Below are positions 30,207-40,008 of a stretch of 44,057 nt of DNA, one piece after another. The position numbers and the translations under genes are program-made. The DNA is from Eubacteriales Family XIII. Incertae Sedis bacterium (GTDB lineage: Bacteria; Bacillota; Clostridia; Peptostreptococcales; Anaerovoracaceae). Within the stretch, counting starts at the first letter, position 1; each line of letters begins with the position of its first letter. The stretch spans positions 1-44,057 of the forward strand of contig JAITMX010000114.1 in the NCBI GenBank assembly GCA_031290775.1, read 5' to 3'. A model generated the notes under the pieces. That model was not told the origin of the DNA and made no database searches. It saw only the letters and a list, made by a program, of their open reading frames with translations.

Positions 30207-31685
30207 ATGTTTTTCCGTATTGCGAGAGCGCTGCGCGGCGGCGCTTCCGAGCCCTCGCTGAAAAAGCTCCGCCGCAAGCTTCTGATTGTCAATATAATCG
30301 GCTTGACACTTGTCATCGTCGGCTCGTTTTGCATGATTTATATTGCATCCTACAACCGCGTGCAAAACGAAATCGACAAGGCGCTCTTTTCGATTCCGCC
30401 GGGCGTGCTCGAAAACGTCATGCTTTCGCAGCGGGGCGACGGGACTGCCGTTGCGAGCGGGCCGCCAGGCAATAATGATCTCACGGTCAGCGGAAATCCG
30501 TTCATCCCCATCGATTATTCGAAATCTTTTGTGGCAAATATCGAGCGCGATGGCCGCATCACGGTTTTCTCTTTGCTTGAACTGAGCAATGAGGATTACG
30601 CAGGGGCGATCGAGGACGCGTTGGCGGGAAGAGAGCTCACGGGCGACATTGAAAAAGCGGTTCCGTCCGATCCCGACGCAGCAGCGGACCGCATGCACAC
30701 GGGCGCCGTGACGATTGCGGGGCGCGCTTGGAAGTATAGCCTCGAATTTGCGGGCGCGGGCGCGAATCCCGTGCAAGGGCAATTGCGGGCAAACGAGTAC
30801 AGCAGCATCGTCTTTCTCGATATCGAAGACGCAAACCGCAGGCTCAGGGAGCTCGCCCTGATTTTGGTCGCGAGCGGCATTGTCGCGATAGCCGTCATTC
30901 TTTTGCTCAGCGTTCTTGTGATCAATCGCGCAATCCGGCCTGTTGAAGAAAGCATGGCGCGGCAGCGGCGTTTTGTCGCGGATGCCTCCCACGAACTGAA
31001 AACGCCGATCGCGGTCATCGCCGCCAATGCCGAAGCCGCAAAGGATGCCGAGGCGCCGGCTTGCTGGATCGACAATATCGCCGATGAGGCAAGCCGCATG
31101 AGCGGGCTCGTGGACAATTTGCTCGCGCTTGCCAAGTCCGAGGAAAAGAAGGCGGAAAAGACCGCATTTGACCTTGTCGGCGTCGTCTGCGAAGAGGCGG
31201 ACCGTATCGAAGCCTTTCTGTTCGAAAAAAATGTCGTCTTTGATTTTGACCTGCGCGCACCGCAGGGCAAGCCGCTGATCGTCCGATCGGATCGCGAAAA
31301 GCTACGGACAGTACTGTCCATTCTTCTTGAAAACGCGGTCAAGTATACGCCCCCGGGCGGCCGCGTCGCCATACAGGCAGGGGTTGGCGAAGACGGGGCT
31401 TTTGTCGCGGTTTCCAATACGGGCGCGTATATATTGCCCGAGATGCTCACGCGTATTTTCGATCGTTTTTACCGGGCGGACCCATCCCGAAGCAGCGAGA
31501 CGGGCGGCCACGGCATCGGCCTCTCCATCGCCAAGACGCTCGCGGAAACGCTCGGCGGCGGCTTGGCGGCTACATCAAATCTACGCGTTATCGACAATCA
31601 ATGCGCCACCCCAGACCTGCAAATCAAAGGCGCCGCCATCAACACATTTACGTTCCTTTTTCCGGGGTACCGCGACGGCAAGTGA
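30207..31685 (+). CDS. Membrane sensor histidine kinase
   Basis: Two TM segments, FVADASHELKTP, ENAVKY, FDRFYRAD and GHGIGL. Confidence 0.94.
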   Translation: MFFRIARALRGGASEPSLKKLRRKLLIVNIIGLTLVIVGSFCMIYIASYNRVQNEIDKALFSIPPGVLENVMLSQRGDGTAVASGPPGNNDLTVSGNPFIPIDYSKSFVANIERDGRITVFSLLELSNEDYAGAIEDALAGRELTGDIEKAVPSDPDAAADRMHTGAVTIAGRAWKYSLEFAGAGANPVQGQLRANEYSSIVFLDIEDANRRLRELALILVASGIVAIAVILLLSVLVINRAIRPVEESMARQRRFVADASHELKTPIAVIAANAEAAKDAEAPACWIDNIADEASRMSGLVDNLLALAKSEEKKAEKTAFDLVGVVCEEADRIEAFLFEKNVVFDFDLRAPQGKPLIVRSDREKLRTVLSILLENAVKYTPPGGRVAIQAGVGEDGAFVAVSNTGAYILPEMLTRIFDRFYRADPSRSSETGGHGIGLSIAKTLAETLGGGLAATSNLRVIDNQCATPDLQIKGAAINTFTFLFPGYRDGK

Positions 31686-31714
31686 ATTGCGGGTGCGCCA
31701 ATTTTCGCCCCGTT

Positions 31715-32758
31715 TCAGCAGATACGGGGGAGGCCCTCACCGTAAAGCACGTCCACGCGTACCGTACCGCCTACGCGGGTGCGCATGGCGACGGGTATGC
31801 CGGCAGCGCCCGCCTTGGCGCGCGCGATACGGACGGCGCCTTTCGCAATTTGCGTTTCCCGCATCGCGGCAAGCGCGCGCGGCTCGTCTTCCGGCGCGAC
31901 GGCCAAAACAAGCTTCCCCTCATTGCCCATATAAAGCGGATCAAGACCCATGATGCCGCAAAACGCGCGCACTTCCGGACTCACGGGGACTGCTTCCTCC
32001 GCAAGCTCAATGGAGGCGCCGGATGCCTTCGCAAGTTCGTTCAATACCGTGGCGAGGCCGCCGCGCGTCACGTCCCGCATCGCGTGGACGGGGACGCCCG
32101 CGCCCCGGAGCGCGGCGAGAACCGGGGTGAGCAGCGCGCAATCGCTTGTGATCGTATTTTTGACCCCCATGCGCGCGGACAGAATAGCGGCATGGTGGTC
32201 GCCAAGATTGCCGGAAACGAGGATGCTGTCCCCGGGGCGTATGCCCGACGGGGTGGGCAGCACGGGAGAACCGCCCCCTTGTGCTGCTTGTGCTATACCG
32301 ATACCGGTCGTGTTAATCGTCAGCCCGCCGCCCTCGCCGCGGCTTTCAACCACTTTGGTATCCCCGGCGACGACCATGACGCCCGCCCGCGCGGCGGCGG
32401 ACGCAAACGACGCGCATAGGCTGTCAAGCAATTCGATTGGCAGGCCTGCCTCGATGATAAACCCGCATGTCAAATACTTTGGCGCCGCGCCGCTCATCAG
32501 CACGTCGTTGACAGTGCCGCAAACGGCGAGCTTGCCGATGTCGCCGCCCGGAAAGACGAGCGGCGACACGACGAAAGAGTCCGTGCTGATTGCGAGGCGC
32601 GGCGGAAGCGCAATCCCTTGCGGCAGCGTGACAACCGCACTGTCTTCAAGCCGCCCGAGGATCTCATTGCCGAAATGCTTCGCAAAGACCGTTTGCATGA
32701 GCTCGGCGGAGTCGAGCCCCCCGCTGCCGTGCGCCATCGTGATCGTTTCTTTTTTCAT
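31715..32758 (-). CDS. hypE: Hydrogenase maturation carbamoyl dehydratase
   Basis: MAHGSGG, STDSFVV, GDIGKLAVCGTVND, MRDVTRGG, NEGK and C-terminal LPRIC. Confidence 0.96.
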   Translation of the reverse strand: MKKETITMAHGSGGLDSAELMQTVFAKHFGNEILGRLEDSAVVTLPQGIALPPRLAISTDSFVVSPLVFPGGDIGKLAVCGTVNDVLMSGAAPKYLTCGFIIEAGLPIELLDSLCASFASAAARAGVMVVAGDTKVVESRGEGGGLTINTTGIGIAQAAQGGGSPVLPTPSGIRPGDSILVSGNLGDHHAAILSARMGVKNTITSDCALLTPVLAALRGAGVPVHAMRDVTRGGLATVLNELAKASGASIELAEEAVPVSPEVRAFCGIMGLDPLYMGNEGKLVLAVAPEDEPRALAAMRETQIAKGAVRIARAKAGAAGIPVAMRTRVGGTVRVDVLYGEGLPRIC

Positions 32759-32854
32759 CGTGAAGCTATTTCCTCATCGCATCCCCCCCATATCCGGTAA
32801 ATTCCGGATAAAATAATTATAATGACATTTATGAAAAATACAATTAAAATATGC

Positions 32855-32878
32855 TGAAACGCATATTGAAACGCATAT
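32855..32878. repeat. 12-bp tandem direct repeat in the divergent hypE/AAA promoter region
   Basis: TGAAACGCATAT x2. A TATCCGG-N6-CCGGATA palindrome lies at 32791-32810. Confidence 0.7.
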
Positions 32879-32905
32879 TGGAGATTTCAGAAAGAAGGGT
32901 CGGGA

Positions 32906-33958
32906 TTGAATATACCTGTTGCCGTGAACCAAAACCAGCTGGTCGATGTGTTGCTCGGAATTGCGGCCGTGCGGCCCGTATTCATTTGGGGCGCGCCCGG
33001 CATCGGCAAGTCCTCGATCGTAGAAAATTTTGCCGGGCAGATGGGGCTTCCGTGCGTGTCCATGCTCGGCAGCCAGCTCGCGCCTGAGGACATCATCGGC
33101 GTACCGCAAATCACGGACGGCAAGAGCGTGTTCTGCCCGCCGCGCATGATTGCGCGCGACGGCCCGTACTGCTTGTTTCTTGATGAGCTCAACGCCTGTT
33201 CGCAGGAGGTGCAGAAAGCGTTTTACAGCCTGATTCACGACCGGCGGATTGGGGAGTATCATCTGCCCGAGGGCTCGATTGTGATCGGGGCGGGCAACCG
33301 CGCGCAGGACAATGCCATCGTGAAGCCGATGTCCTCAGCGCTGATCAACCGCATGTTTCATGTGGAGTTGATCGCCTCGCACCGCGATTGGCTGGAATGG
33401 GCGGGCAAAAATGGCATTCACCCGCATATCATGGAGTATATCGGGCTGCGGCCGGACCACCTCTGGCGCCAGCCACCAAAGACGGAAGAGCCGTTTTCGA
33501 CGCCGCGCTCGTGGCATATGCTGTCGGATGCGCTCTTCAATTTCGGCGAAAACCTCACCGACGGTGAATTGGAAATCCTCGCCTGCGGCTGCCTGTCCCC
33601 GTCGCACGCGACGCAGTTTCGCGCTTTCGTCAAGCAGATTCGCAACCGCTATGCCCTCGCGGCAATCATCAGCGGCGAGCAAAGATGGCCGGGCAAGCCC
33701 GAGGACCGGGATGTGCTGTACTTTCTGGCGCAGAGCTTCCGCGCACAGCTCATCAAGGAGCTGCCGCCCGAAAAGAGCAATCTGTCCGAATCCGCGCAAA
33801 CGCTGTCTTTCCGCGCCAAGGCGCTGCTCAAAGACCTCGCAAACCTCAGTTTGGAAATCGCGCAGATGGCCGTGGTGAACGACGGCGAATCCGCACTGCC
33901 GGAATGGTTTTTGGCCGAGGCCGTCCGCGACCTGCCGCGCCTTGCCGTAAAGAAATAA
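32906..33958 (+). CDS. MoxR/AAA_5-type AAA+ ATPase
   Basis: Walker A GAPGIGKS, Walker B LFLDELN, sensor I GAGNR, Arg finger ALINRM, sensor II TPRSW. TTG start. Confidence 0.9.
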   Translation: MNIPVAVNQNQLVDVLLGIAAVRPVFIWGAPGIGKSSIVENFAGQMGLPCVSMLGSQLAPEDIIGVPQITDGKSVFCPPRMIARDGPYCLFLDELNACSQEVQKAFYSLIHDRRIGEYHLPEGSIVIGAGNRAQDNAIVKPMSSALINRMFHVELIASHRDWLEWAGKNGIHPHIMEYIGLRPDHLWRQPPKTEEPFSTPRSWHMLSDALFNFGENLTDGELEILACGCLSPSHATQFRAFVKQIRNRYALAAIISGEQRWPGKPEDRDVLYFLAQSFRAQLIKELPPEKSNLSESAQTLSFRAKALLKDLANLSLEIAQMAVVNDGESALPEWFLAEAVRDLPRLAVKK

Positions 33959-33967
33959 TCAGCCAAG

Positions 33968-35773
33968 ATGGCAAAAAACCAAAAACACAAGCCGGAACAA
34001 AACCCTGCCCGCGCGGCTTTTGAGGCAGGCATGGAGCTTGTGCGGAAGCATCCGATGTTCTCGCCCCTGCTTTTTTGCAGCCATATCCATTACGAGAAAA
34101 ACCAACCTTTTCCGCACAACGGCCTTTTGGCCGTCGGCAGCAGCGGCCAACTGCTGTGCAACCCAAGGCTGCGGGCTGAACCCGAGCAGTGGGCGAGGGC
34201 GGCGGCCCACGGGCTGCTGCACCTCGGCATGCGGCATTTTCAGGACAAGCCGCACCCCTTGGAATGGAATATGGCATGCGATTGCGTGGTCGAGAAATTT
34301 TTGACGGATCTGCGGTTCGGGAAGCCGGCAAACGACTTCCCCCTGCCGCCTGGGATCAATGGCGAGGAGCAGCTGTATCGCAGCCTGCTCGAAATGAAAG
34401 AGCAGGATCGTGCGCACTACAGCGGCTTCGGGACGGCCGGCCCCGGCGCCGCGGATATGATCGATACGGAGCGGCCCCGGTATTATCATTATCGTACCCC
34501 CGAGTGGGAGAAGGTCTTTGCGGAGGGGCTGTCCGAGGCCGTTCGCAGAGCGGTCAATGTCGCCTCCGGCGTTTCGGATTCCCTGTTTGACACAGCCGTG
34601 GACGACAGGCAGTCCGAATCGGAACGCGTTCGCCAATGGTTCATGTCCTCCTATCCGCTGCTCGGGGCGATCGCGGCAAGTTTTGCCATAATCAATGACC
34701 CGCTCGTTTGCCAGAGGATGAACATTTCCATTGCCGCCATTTCCCCGGCGCTTGCGGAGATCTATATCAATCCCGCCGCAAAATTGAATTTGGAGGAGCG
34801 GCGCTTCGTCATGGCGCACGAATTTCTTCACGCGGCGCTGCGCCATGACGCGCGGCAGGAATGGCGGGACGGCTACCTATGGAACATCGCCTGCGATTTT
34901 GCAATCAATCAGTGGCTCACGGAGATGAGCGTCGGGGAACGCCCCGAAGGCCTGCTGTACGATGAGCAATTCAAGGCCATGAACGCCGAGGCGATATACG
35001 ACCGCATCGTGACGGACATCCGGACTTACCGCAAACTGGCGACACTGCGCGGCATCGGCTTGGGCGACATCCTGCCGGGCCAGGGCAGCGTCTCCGCCGA
35101 TGTCGATCTGGACGCTTTTTACCGCCGCGCGCTGTCGCAGGGGCTTGTGTACCATCAGGAGCAGGCGCGCGGATACCTTCCGGAAGGGCTGATTGAGGAA
35201 ATCCGCGCGCTGGGCCACCCGCCTATCCCCTGGGATGTGGAGCTCGCACGGTGGTTTGAAGAGCAGTTTACGCCGATTGAAAAAATAAGGTCTTACGCCC
35301 GTCCGAGCCGCAGGCAGTCTGCGGCGCCCGATATCCCGCGCCCCAACTGGGCCATTTCAAAGGCGTCGCTCGACGGCCGCACCTTTGGGGTGATCCTCGA
35401 CACATCCGGCTCCATGGACCGCAGCCTTCTCGCTACGGCGCTCGGCGCTGTCGCCAGCTACAGCGCGTCAAGGGACGTGCCTGCGGCGCGAATCGTGTTC
35501 TGCGACGCGGAAGCCTACGACCAGGGCTATATGAAGCCGGAGGACATCGCAGGCCGCGTGAAGGTGCGCGGGCGGGGCGGCACAGAACTCCAGCCGGCAA
35601 TCGAACTGCTAAAAGGGGCTGATGATTTTCCCGAAGATGCGCCGATCCTTGTCATCACGGACGGCTATATCGAGGAGCGACTGGTTTTCTACGGGCGCGA
35701 GCACGCCTATCTGCTCCCGGAGGGCGCCGCCCTGCCTTTCGTGGCGAAAGGGAAAGTGTTTCGCTTTCGCTGA
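33968..35773 (+). CDS. DUF2201-type protein: two metallopeptidase-like modules plus C-terminal VWA
   Basis: HGLLHLGMRH..WNMACD and HEFLHAALRH..WNIACD, followed by VWA motifs DTSGS, GRGGT and ITDG. Confidence 0.87.
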   Translation: MAKNQKHKPEQNPARAAFEAGMELVRKHPMFSPLLFCSHIHYEKNQPFPHNGLLAVGSSGQLLCNPRLRAEPEQWARAAAHGLLHLGMRHFQDKPHPLEWNMACDCVVEKFLTDLRFGKPANDFPLPPGINGEEQLYRSLLEMKEQDRAHYSGFGTAGPGAADMIDTERPRYYHYRTPEWEKVFAEGLSEAVRRAVNVASGVSDSLFDTAVDDRQSESERVRQWFMSSYPLLGAIAASFAIINDPLVCQRMNISIAAISPALAEIYINPAAKLNLEERRFVMAHEFLHAALRHDARQEWRDGYLWNIACDFAINQWLTEMSVGERPEGLLYDEQFKAMNAEAIYDRIVTDIRTYRKLATLRGIGLGDILPGQGSVSADVDLDAFYRRALSQGLVYHQEQARGYLPEGLIEEIRALGHPPIPWDVELARWFEEQFTPIEKIRSYARPSRRQSAAPDIPRPNWAISKASLDGRTFGVILDTSGSMDRSLLATALGAVASYSASRDVPAARIVFCDAEAYDQGYMKPEDIAGRVKVRGRGGTELQPAIELLKGADDFPEDAPILVITDGYIEERLVFYGREHAYLLPEGAALPFVAKGKVFRFR

Positions 35774-35848
35774 AACAGGCATACCCCCCACCTCCCCCAT
35801 GAACAAAGCGTATTTGCGTCCCCTTGCGTCTCCCGCATCTGGAAATAC

Positions 35849-35877
35849 TTGACATGGAATAATATGGATGTTATTAT
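35849..35877 (+). promoter_or_regulatory. Near-consensus sigmaA promoter
   Basis: TTGACA-N17-TATTAT with an extended TG. Confidence 0.75.
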
Positions 35878-35994
35878 GTTTCCATAAATTTACATTGGAG
35901 GCATTTGTTGCCATGCATCGCAAGACAGAATGTTGACAACGCCAAAGCATCCATGATGGCAATCGGCAGTGCAGAAAGGAAAAGGGTTATTGCA

Positions 35995-38253
35995 ATGAAG
36001 ACTAATGTATTCAAGATATGGGGAACAGTGAGGAATGCCCGCATCAGGGCAGGGGCCTTTCTGCTCTTGTGCGTACTTATGGCGCAGACCGCCCTCCCCG
36101 CATCCGCGCTTTCGGCCGGATACGGAAACCGGGGCACAACGCCTTACTATGTATCGCGCACTACCCTTTATGCTTACTTGGAAGCAGGGGATAAAATTTT
36201 CATATACGGCAACTTTGCGGATGCCCTCGCGGACAACCCGCCTGCAACAAGCGAAAGGAGCTACATCACAGATCCCGCAGGCGGCGTGATTTACGATACG
36301 GGCATGGTTCTCTACCAAGGCAATGAAACCTATACCCATTCATACACATCCCCGGCTGCCCCGGTTGCCGGCATTTATACAATCCGAATGGAACAGGACA
36401 ACTCCGGGTACATGCTCGGCACGGGGAAGGCGCTCGATGTCCTTGATTATTCGGGCAGCCCCATACCGGGCAGGATATGGACAGATATGCTGTGCCTGGA
36501 CCAGCCATGGGGCGGCCCTTTCACATCGACACTGTACGGGGTCGCCAATTCAGGATACCGGTATGCCGCAACATTTTGGGGGCTTGATGGCATTCGTTCG
36601 GTCATACAGCTTTCCCAAAACGGCTCAAGCCAAAAAATGTTTTTCGAGCCGCCGTCGCCGGCCCTTCCCAAAAGCATTGTCCCGGATCCGATCGGCGAGG
36701 ACGCGTTTCTCGGAAAGGTAACAGGTTTCGATGATTCTCGCCCGTGTGGCGGGAGGAGGGCCGGGAATATCCGATATTGCCTTGACCCCGGCTACGCATC
36801 CCCCTTTGAGCTACAGGTTGACTGCGATGCCGACGGGATGTTCGGCGGCGCAAAAGACCGGGCGTTTTCGCTTGCGGCAACAGGAAGCAACGGAAGCGAA
36901 ACTGCGCCCCTTTCCCTGCCTTTCGACGGGCGGGACGGGGCTGGCGGCGACATACCGCTTGCCCGCACACTGAACTTCCGCTTGTTTTTCTCGTCCGTAA
37001 GCGAAATCAGGATCGACATAAACGATGCCGAGGCGCTGGGCGGGCTTTCGTTTGTACAGCTCAACGGTGGGAATGCGGGAAATGACCTCATCGAATACGA
37101 TCCATACAGAAGCGAAGGCATTGGCCTTGACGCCGCAGGCAACCCCGCCTCCATCCCGCAGGCAAGCTATGCGCTCCCCTGGAAAACAGCGGCGCCTATT
37201 CACAGCAACGTTTCGGGTGGCGTCGGGGGATGGTATCTCGATTCGCAAACCGATGCCTCCAAAGGGAACGTGGGGATTGTCACGTTTTGGCAAACGACGG
37301 ATCTTTCAGCGGCCGTAAAAAACAGCGCTGCCGCAAATTCAGTTTATACTGCCGAGGGGCTCAAAGCGAATTGGGAAGCCCGCCACATTCTCGTTGACGA
37401 GAACGGCAATGAATCACTCGACAGCAAAACGACCGGGAATGGGTATGCAGGGGCCGCGGTATCGTTTTTGGCGGGTTCGTTTGAGGGCTACACTGAAAAC
37501 ACATCCTACGCAGGCACGCTTACGAGCTCATCTATCGATGCGAACGGCGGAACTGTGTTGAAAAGGTTTTATCTTAAAAACATTTACCAAGTGCGCTTTG
37601 ACGATGGGTTTGAATCCATGCTGAAAAAGGACGATGTGCCGCATGGCGCCGCGGCGACGGCGCCGGAGGGTCCGGAGATCGAAGGGCTTATCTTCCGCGG
37701 GTGGGACAAAGCTTTTGATTTGATTACGGAGGACACTTCCGTGTCCGCCTTGTGGGATGTCCACATAGCTTTCGACGACGGCTTTGGCGCCCTGCTAAAA
37801 GACGATGTCATCGGCTACGGCGCTGCGGCTACGGCACCGCAGGACCCGGAGCTCGAGGGCCTTGTCTTCTGCGGGTGGGACAAGGCGTTCAATGATGTCA
37901 GAACGGAAACGGCAGTCTCGGCACAATGGGGATGCCGCGTACGCTTCTATGATGGCGCCGCAGAGCGCGGAGGCGTACTGCTGAAAGAAGAAATTGTGCC
38001 ATACGGCAGCGCGGCAGCCCCCCCGGAAGACCCGTGGGCGAGCGGTTGGTGGTACCTTGGATGGGACAAGCCATTTGACAATATCAAAACAGACACCGTG
38101 ATTACGGCGCTATGGCAGCAACATCCGGTCGCTCCAAAGACCGGCGACGAGACGGCGCTCGGGCTTTTGTTCGCCGCGCTCATTGATTCCGGGGCGCTCG
38201 CCGTACTGCTTTTGCTTGCGTTAAAAAGGCGGCGAAATTCGCAGATGAGATAA
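35995..38253 (+). CDS. Cell-wall-anchored surface protein with three InlB-B/Flg_new-like repeats
   Basis: Signal peptide ending ..LPASA; three ~55-aa repeats (V.FDDG..P.G.AATAP..F.GWDK.F, ~37591-38112); APKTG sorting motif (38131-38145) followed by a hydrophobic stretch and KRRR. Confidence 0.85.
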   Translation: MKTNVFKIWGTVRNARIRAGAFLLLCVLMAQTALPASALSAGYGNRGTTPYYVSRTTLYAYLEAGDKIFIYGNFADALADNPPATSERSYITDPAGGVIYDTGMVLYQGNETYTHSYTSPAAPVAGIYTIRMEQDNSGYMLGTGKALDVLDYSGSPIPGRIWTDMLCLDQPWGGPFTSTLYGVANSGYRYAATFWGLDGIRSVIQLSQNGSSQKMFFEPPSPALPKSIVPDPIGEDAFLGKVTGFDDSRPCGGRRAGNIRYCLDPGYASPFELQVDCDADGMFGGAKDRAFSLAATGSNGSETAPLSLPFDGRDGAGGDIPLARTLNFRLFFSSVSEIRIDINDAEALGGLSFVQLNGGNAGNDLIEYDPYRSEGIGLDAAGNPASIPQASYALPWKTAAPIHSNVSGGVGGWYLDSQTDASKGNVGIVTFWQTTDLSAAVKNSAAANSVYTAEGLKANWEARHILVDENGNESLDSKTTGNGYAGAAVSFLAGSFEGYTENTSYAGTLTSSSIDANGGTVLKRFYLKNIYQVRFDDGFESMLKKDDVPHGAAATAPEGPEIEGLIFRGWDKAFDLITEDTSVSALWDVHIAFDDGFGALLKDDVIGYGAAATAPQDPELEGLVFCGWDKAFNDVRTETAVSAQWGCRVRFYDGAAERGGVLLKEEIVPYGSAAAPPEDPWASGWWYLGWDKPFDNIKTDTVITALWQQHPVAPKTGDETALGLLFAALIDSGALAVLLLLALKRRRNSQMR

Positions 38254-38331
38254 CGGGATTTGCGGCAAACTCCTGGCGGAATACAGCCAAGGGGCGCAAT
38301 GCGCGGCATGGGTGAGGAAGCGATGGGAAAT

Positions 38332-38787
38332 TCACGCTTCCTCAAAGCAATAGGCTTTTTTTTCGTGGTCATACCGAATCTGATATTGTTTGTTTGGCTT
38401 TGCTTCAACCGCGATTTCAGCATTCTCCGCATCGAAGTTTTCATAGGCGAAAACGGCCGCCCCCAATTTCGCGGCCACACTCGATTTCGTCCAATGATAA
38501 GCCAGCGACAGCATATGCCTTCCGGGGGCGAGGTAAAAATACATATATGTCCCCTGCGAAAAGAAAACCGGATTTTCGCCGTCCACGCTATGCACAGTCA
38601 GAATGTCATTCACTTTCGACCGGGCAATTTTGACAGCTGCCGCATCCGGGCGCCGTTTGATGTATGCGTCGGCTTTCTGTTTCCTGTGATGCAGATAAAC
38701 GGCCCATGCCGGGATATAGACCACGATGATGGCAACAATGAACCAAGCCAGTATTTTGTATTGCCCTGTGAAAAATCCTGATATCAT
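38332..38787 (-). CDS. Hypothetical protein with N-terminal TM anchor and beta-rich domain
   Basis: 151-aa ORF with one hydrophobic helix and a YLAPGRH motif; co-oriented with the upstream small ORF. Confidence 0.7.
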   Translation of the reverse strand: MISGFFTGQYKILAWFIVAIIVVYIPAWAVYLHHRKQKADAYIKRRPDAAAVKIARSKVNDILTVHSVDGENPVFFSQGTYMYFYLAPGRHMLSLAYHWTKSSVAAKLGAAVFAYENFDAENAEIAVEAKPNKQYQIRYDHEKKAYCFEEA

Positions 38788-38796
38788 CCGATCGCG

Positions 38797-39060
38797 TCAC
38801 TCGGCAAAATCACTCATCATGACCTCATTCATGCCCACAGCATTTGGCCATATATTGGTTGCGAAAACATAGTCCCTCGCTGCGGCCAATGTCAAACCCC
38901 GATTGGATTGGACAAATGCCATGGCCCCGAGTGAAGAACATCCGGCATCTTTCAATTCCCTAAGTTTTCCAGCCAGCTCAGCATCGCTTTTGCAGCCGGT
39001 TCTTTTGCCCTCAGCCTTGAGCCAGCCAACATCCTTTTCATTTTCCATTCGCATTGCCAC
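38797..39060 (-). CDS. Small hypothetical protein (possible immunity-type)
   Basis: 87 aa with the pattern L..GCSS..AM..L.LAAARDYV..W; lower GC. Confidence 0.55.
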   Translation of the reverse strand: MAMRMENEKDVGWLKAEGKRTGCKSDAELAGKLRELKDAGCSSLGAMAFVQSNRGLTLAAARDYVFATNIWPNAVGMNEVMMSDFAE

Positions 39061-39118
39061 GGTTCAAATTCTGAATCAATCGTGTTTCCCCTTATAACAA
39101 TTCAGGCCTTTGCTGAAA

Positions 39119-39191
39119 TGCCGCCATTGCGATAACAGCGGCTGCGGCAATCCATTGTACACTGGATTGCCGCGCTTCGCCCACAGACAGC
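39119..39191. repeat. Degenerate palindromic element copy 5
   Basis: GCCATTGCGA..GCGGCAATCCA..TGGATTGCCGC..GACAGC. Confidence 0.65.
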
Positions 39192-39254
39192 CCTAATTAT
39201 ACCCCACAAATCAATATAATGTTGTTTTCTTTGCCCGTATCGTATAAAATGTGC

Positions 39255-39358
39255 CTATTCAGGCTCTTGCCGTCATTGCGAGCGAAGCGAAGCAATCCAG
39301 TGGTTCATGGATTGCCGCGGTCGCTTCGCTCCCGCAATGACGAGGCGAGTCTGAATAG
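39255..39358. repeat. Palindromic element copy 6 (complete core, different outer arms)
   Basis: CTATTCAGGCTC..CGTCATTGCGAGCGAAGCGAAGCAATCCA..TGGATTGC..CGCAATGACG..GAGTCTGAATAG. Confidence 0.9.
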
Positions 39359-39451
39359 ACACGATAAAATACCAATATAGCCGCTGATGTGTCCGCATAT
39401 CGTGTGCCGGTCGCATCTTTCTTGCAATTTAACAGGGTTTTGGAGGAAAAA

Positions 39452-39955
39452 ATGAGCGTTTTGAATATTACAATGGGCGGCAACCCCATCACGTTGCCTT
39501 TCGCCCCGCTTGCCGTCGGTGGCAAATTGCCCGATTTCACGCTGACGGCGAACGATCTCTCTCCGGTTGCGTCCTCGGGCCTGACGGGGCTTCGCGTATT
39601 CTTGGCCGTTCCGTCCCTTGACACGCCGGTCTGCGACCTTGAGGTCCGCACGTTCAATGCAAAAGCGGCAGAACTGCCCGGCGTCTCTATCTACGCGGTC
39701 AGCATGGATCTGCCCTTCGCGCAGGCGCGCTGGTGCGGGGCAGCGGGCGTGGAGGCCGTCAAAACGCTGTCTGATTATCGGGACCGCTCGTTTGGCAAGG
39801 CGACCGGCACGCTGATCGACGGGCTTTTGCTCCTGACGCGCGCGGTATTCATCGTCGACGCAGGCGGGACTGTCGCCTATGCGCAATATGTCCCCGAGGT
39901 CAGGACCGCGCCGGACTACGACGCGGCCTACGCGAAGCTCGCCGCGCTTGCATAG
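39452..39955 (+). CDS. tpx: Thiol peroxidase
   Basis: VPSLDTPVC, SMDLPFAQARWC, LSDYR and LLTRAVF. ATG 39452 follows GGAGG. Confidence 0.95.
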   Translation: MSVLNITMGGNPITLPFAPLAVGGKLPDFTLTANDLSPVASSGLTGLRVFLAVPSLDTPVCDLEVRTFNAKAAELPGVSIYAVSMDLPFAQARWCGAAGVEAVKTLSDYRDRSFGKATGTLIDGLLLLTRAVFIVDAGGTVAYAQYVPEVRTAPDYDAAYAKLAALA

Positions 39956-40008
39956 AACAGCGGTCGCGGCAAGCAATCAATAATTTATTACAATAATAGG
40001 GAGAATGT

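Noticed and set aside
39060-39120. Possible toxin C-terminal remnant upstream of the 87-aa ORF
   Set aside because: Too short, with no convincing motif.
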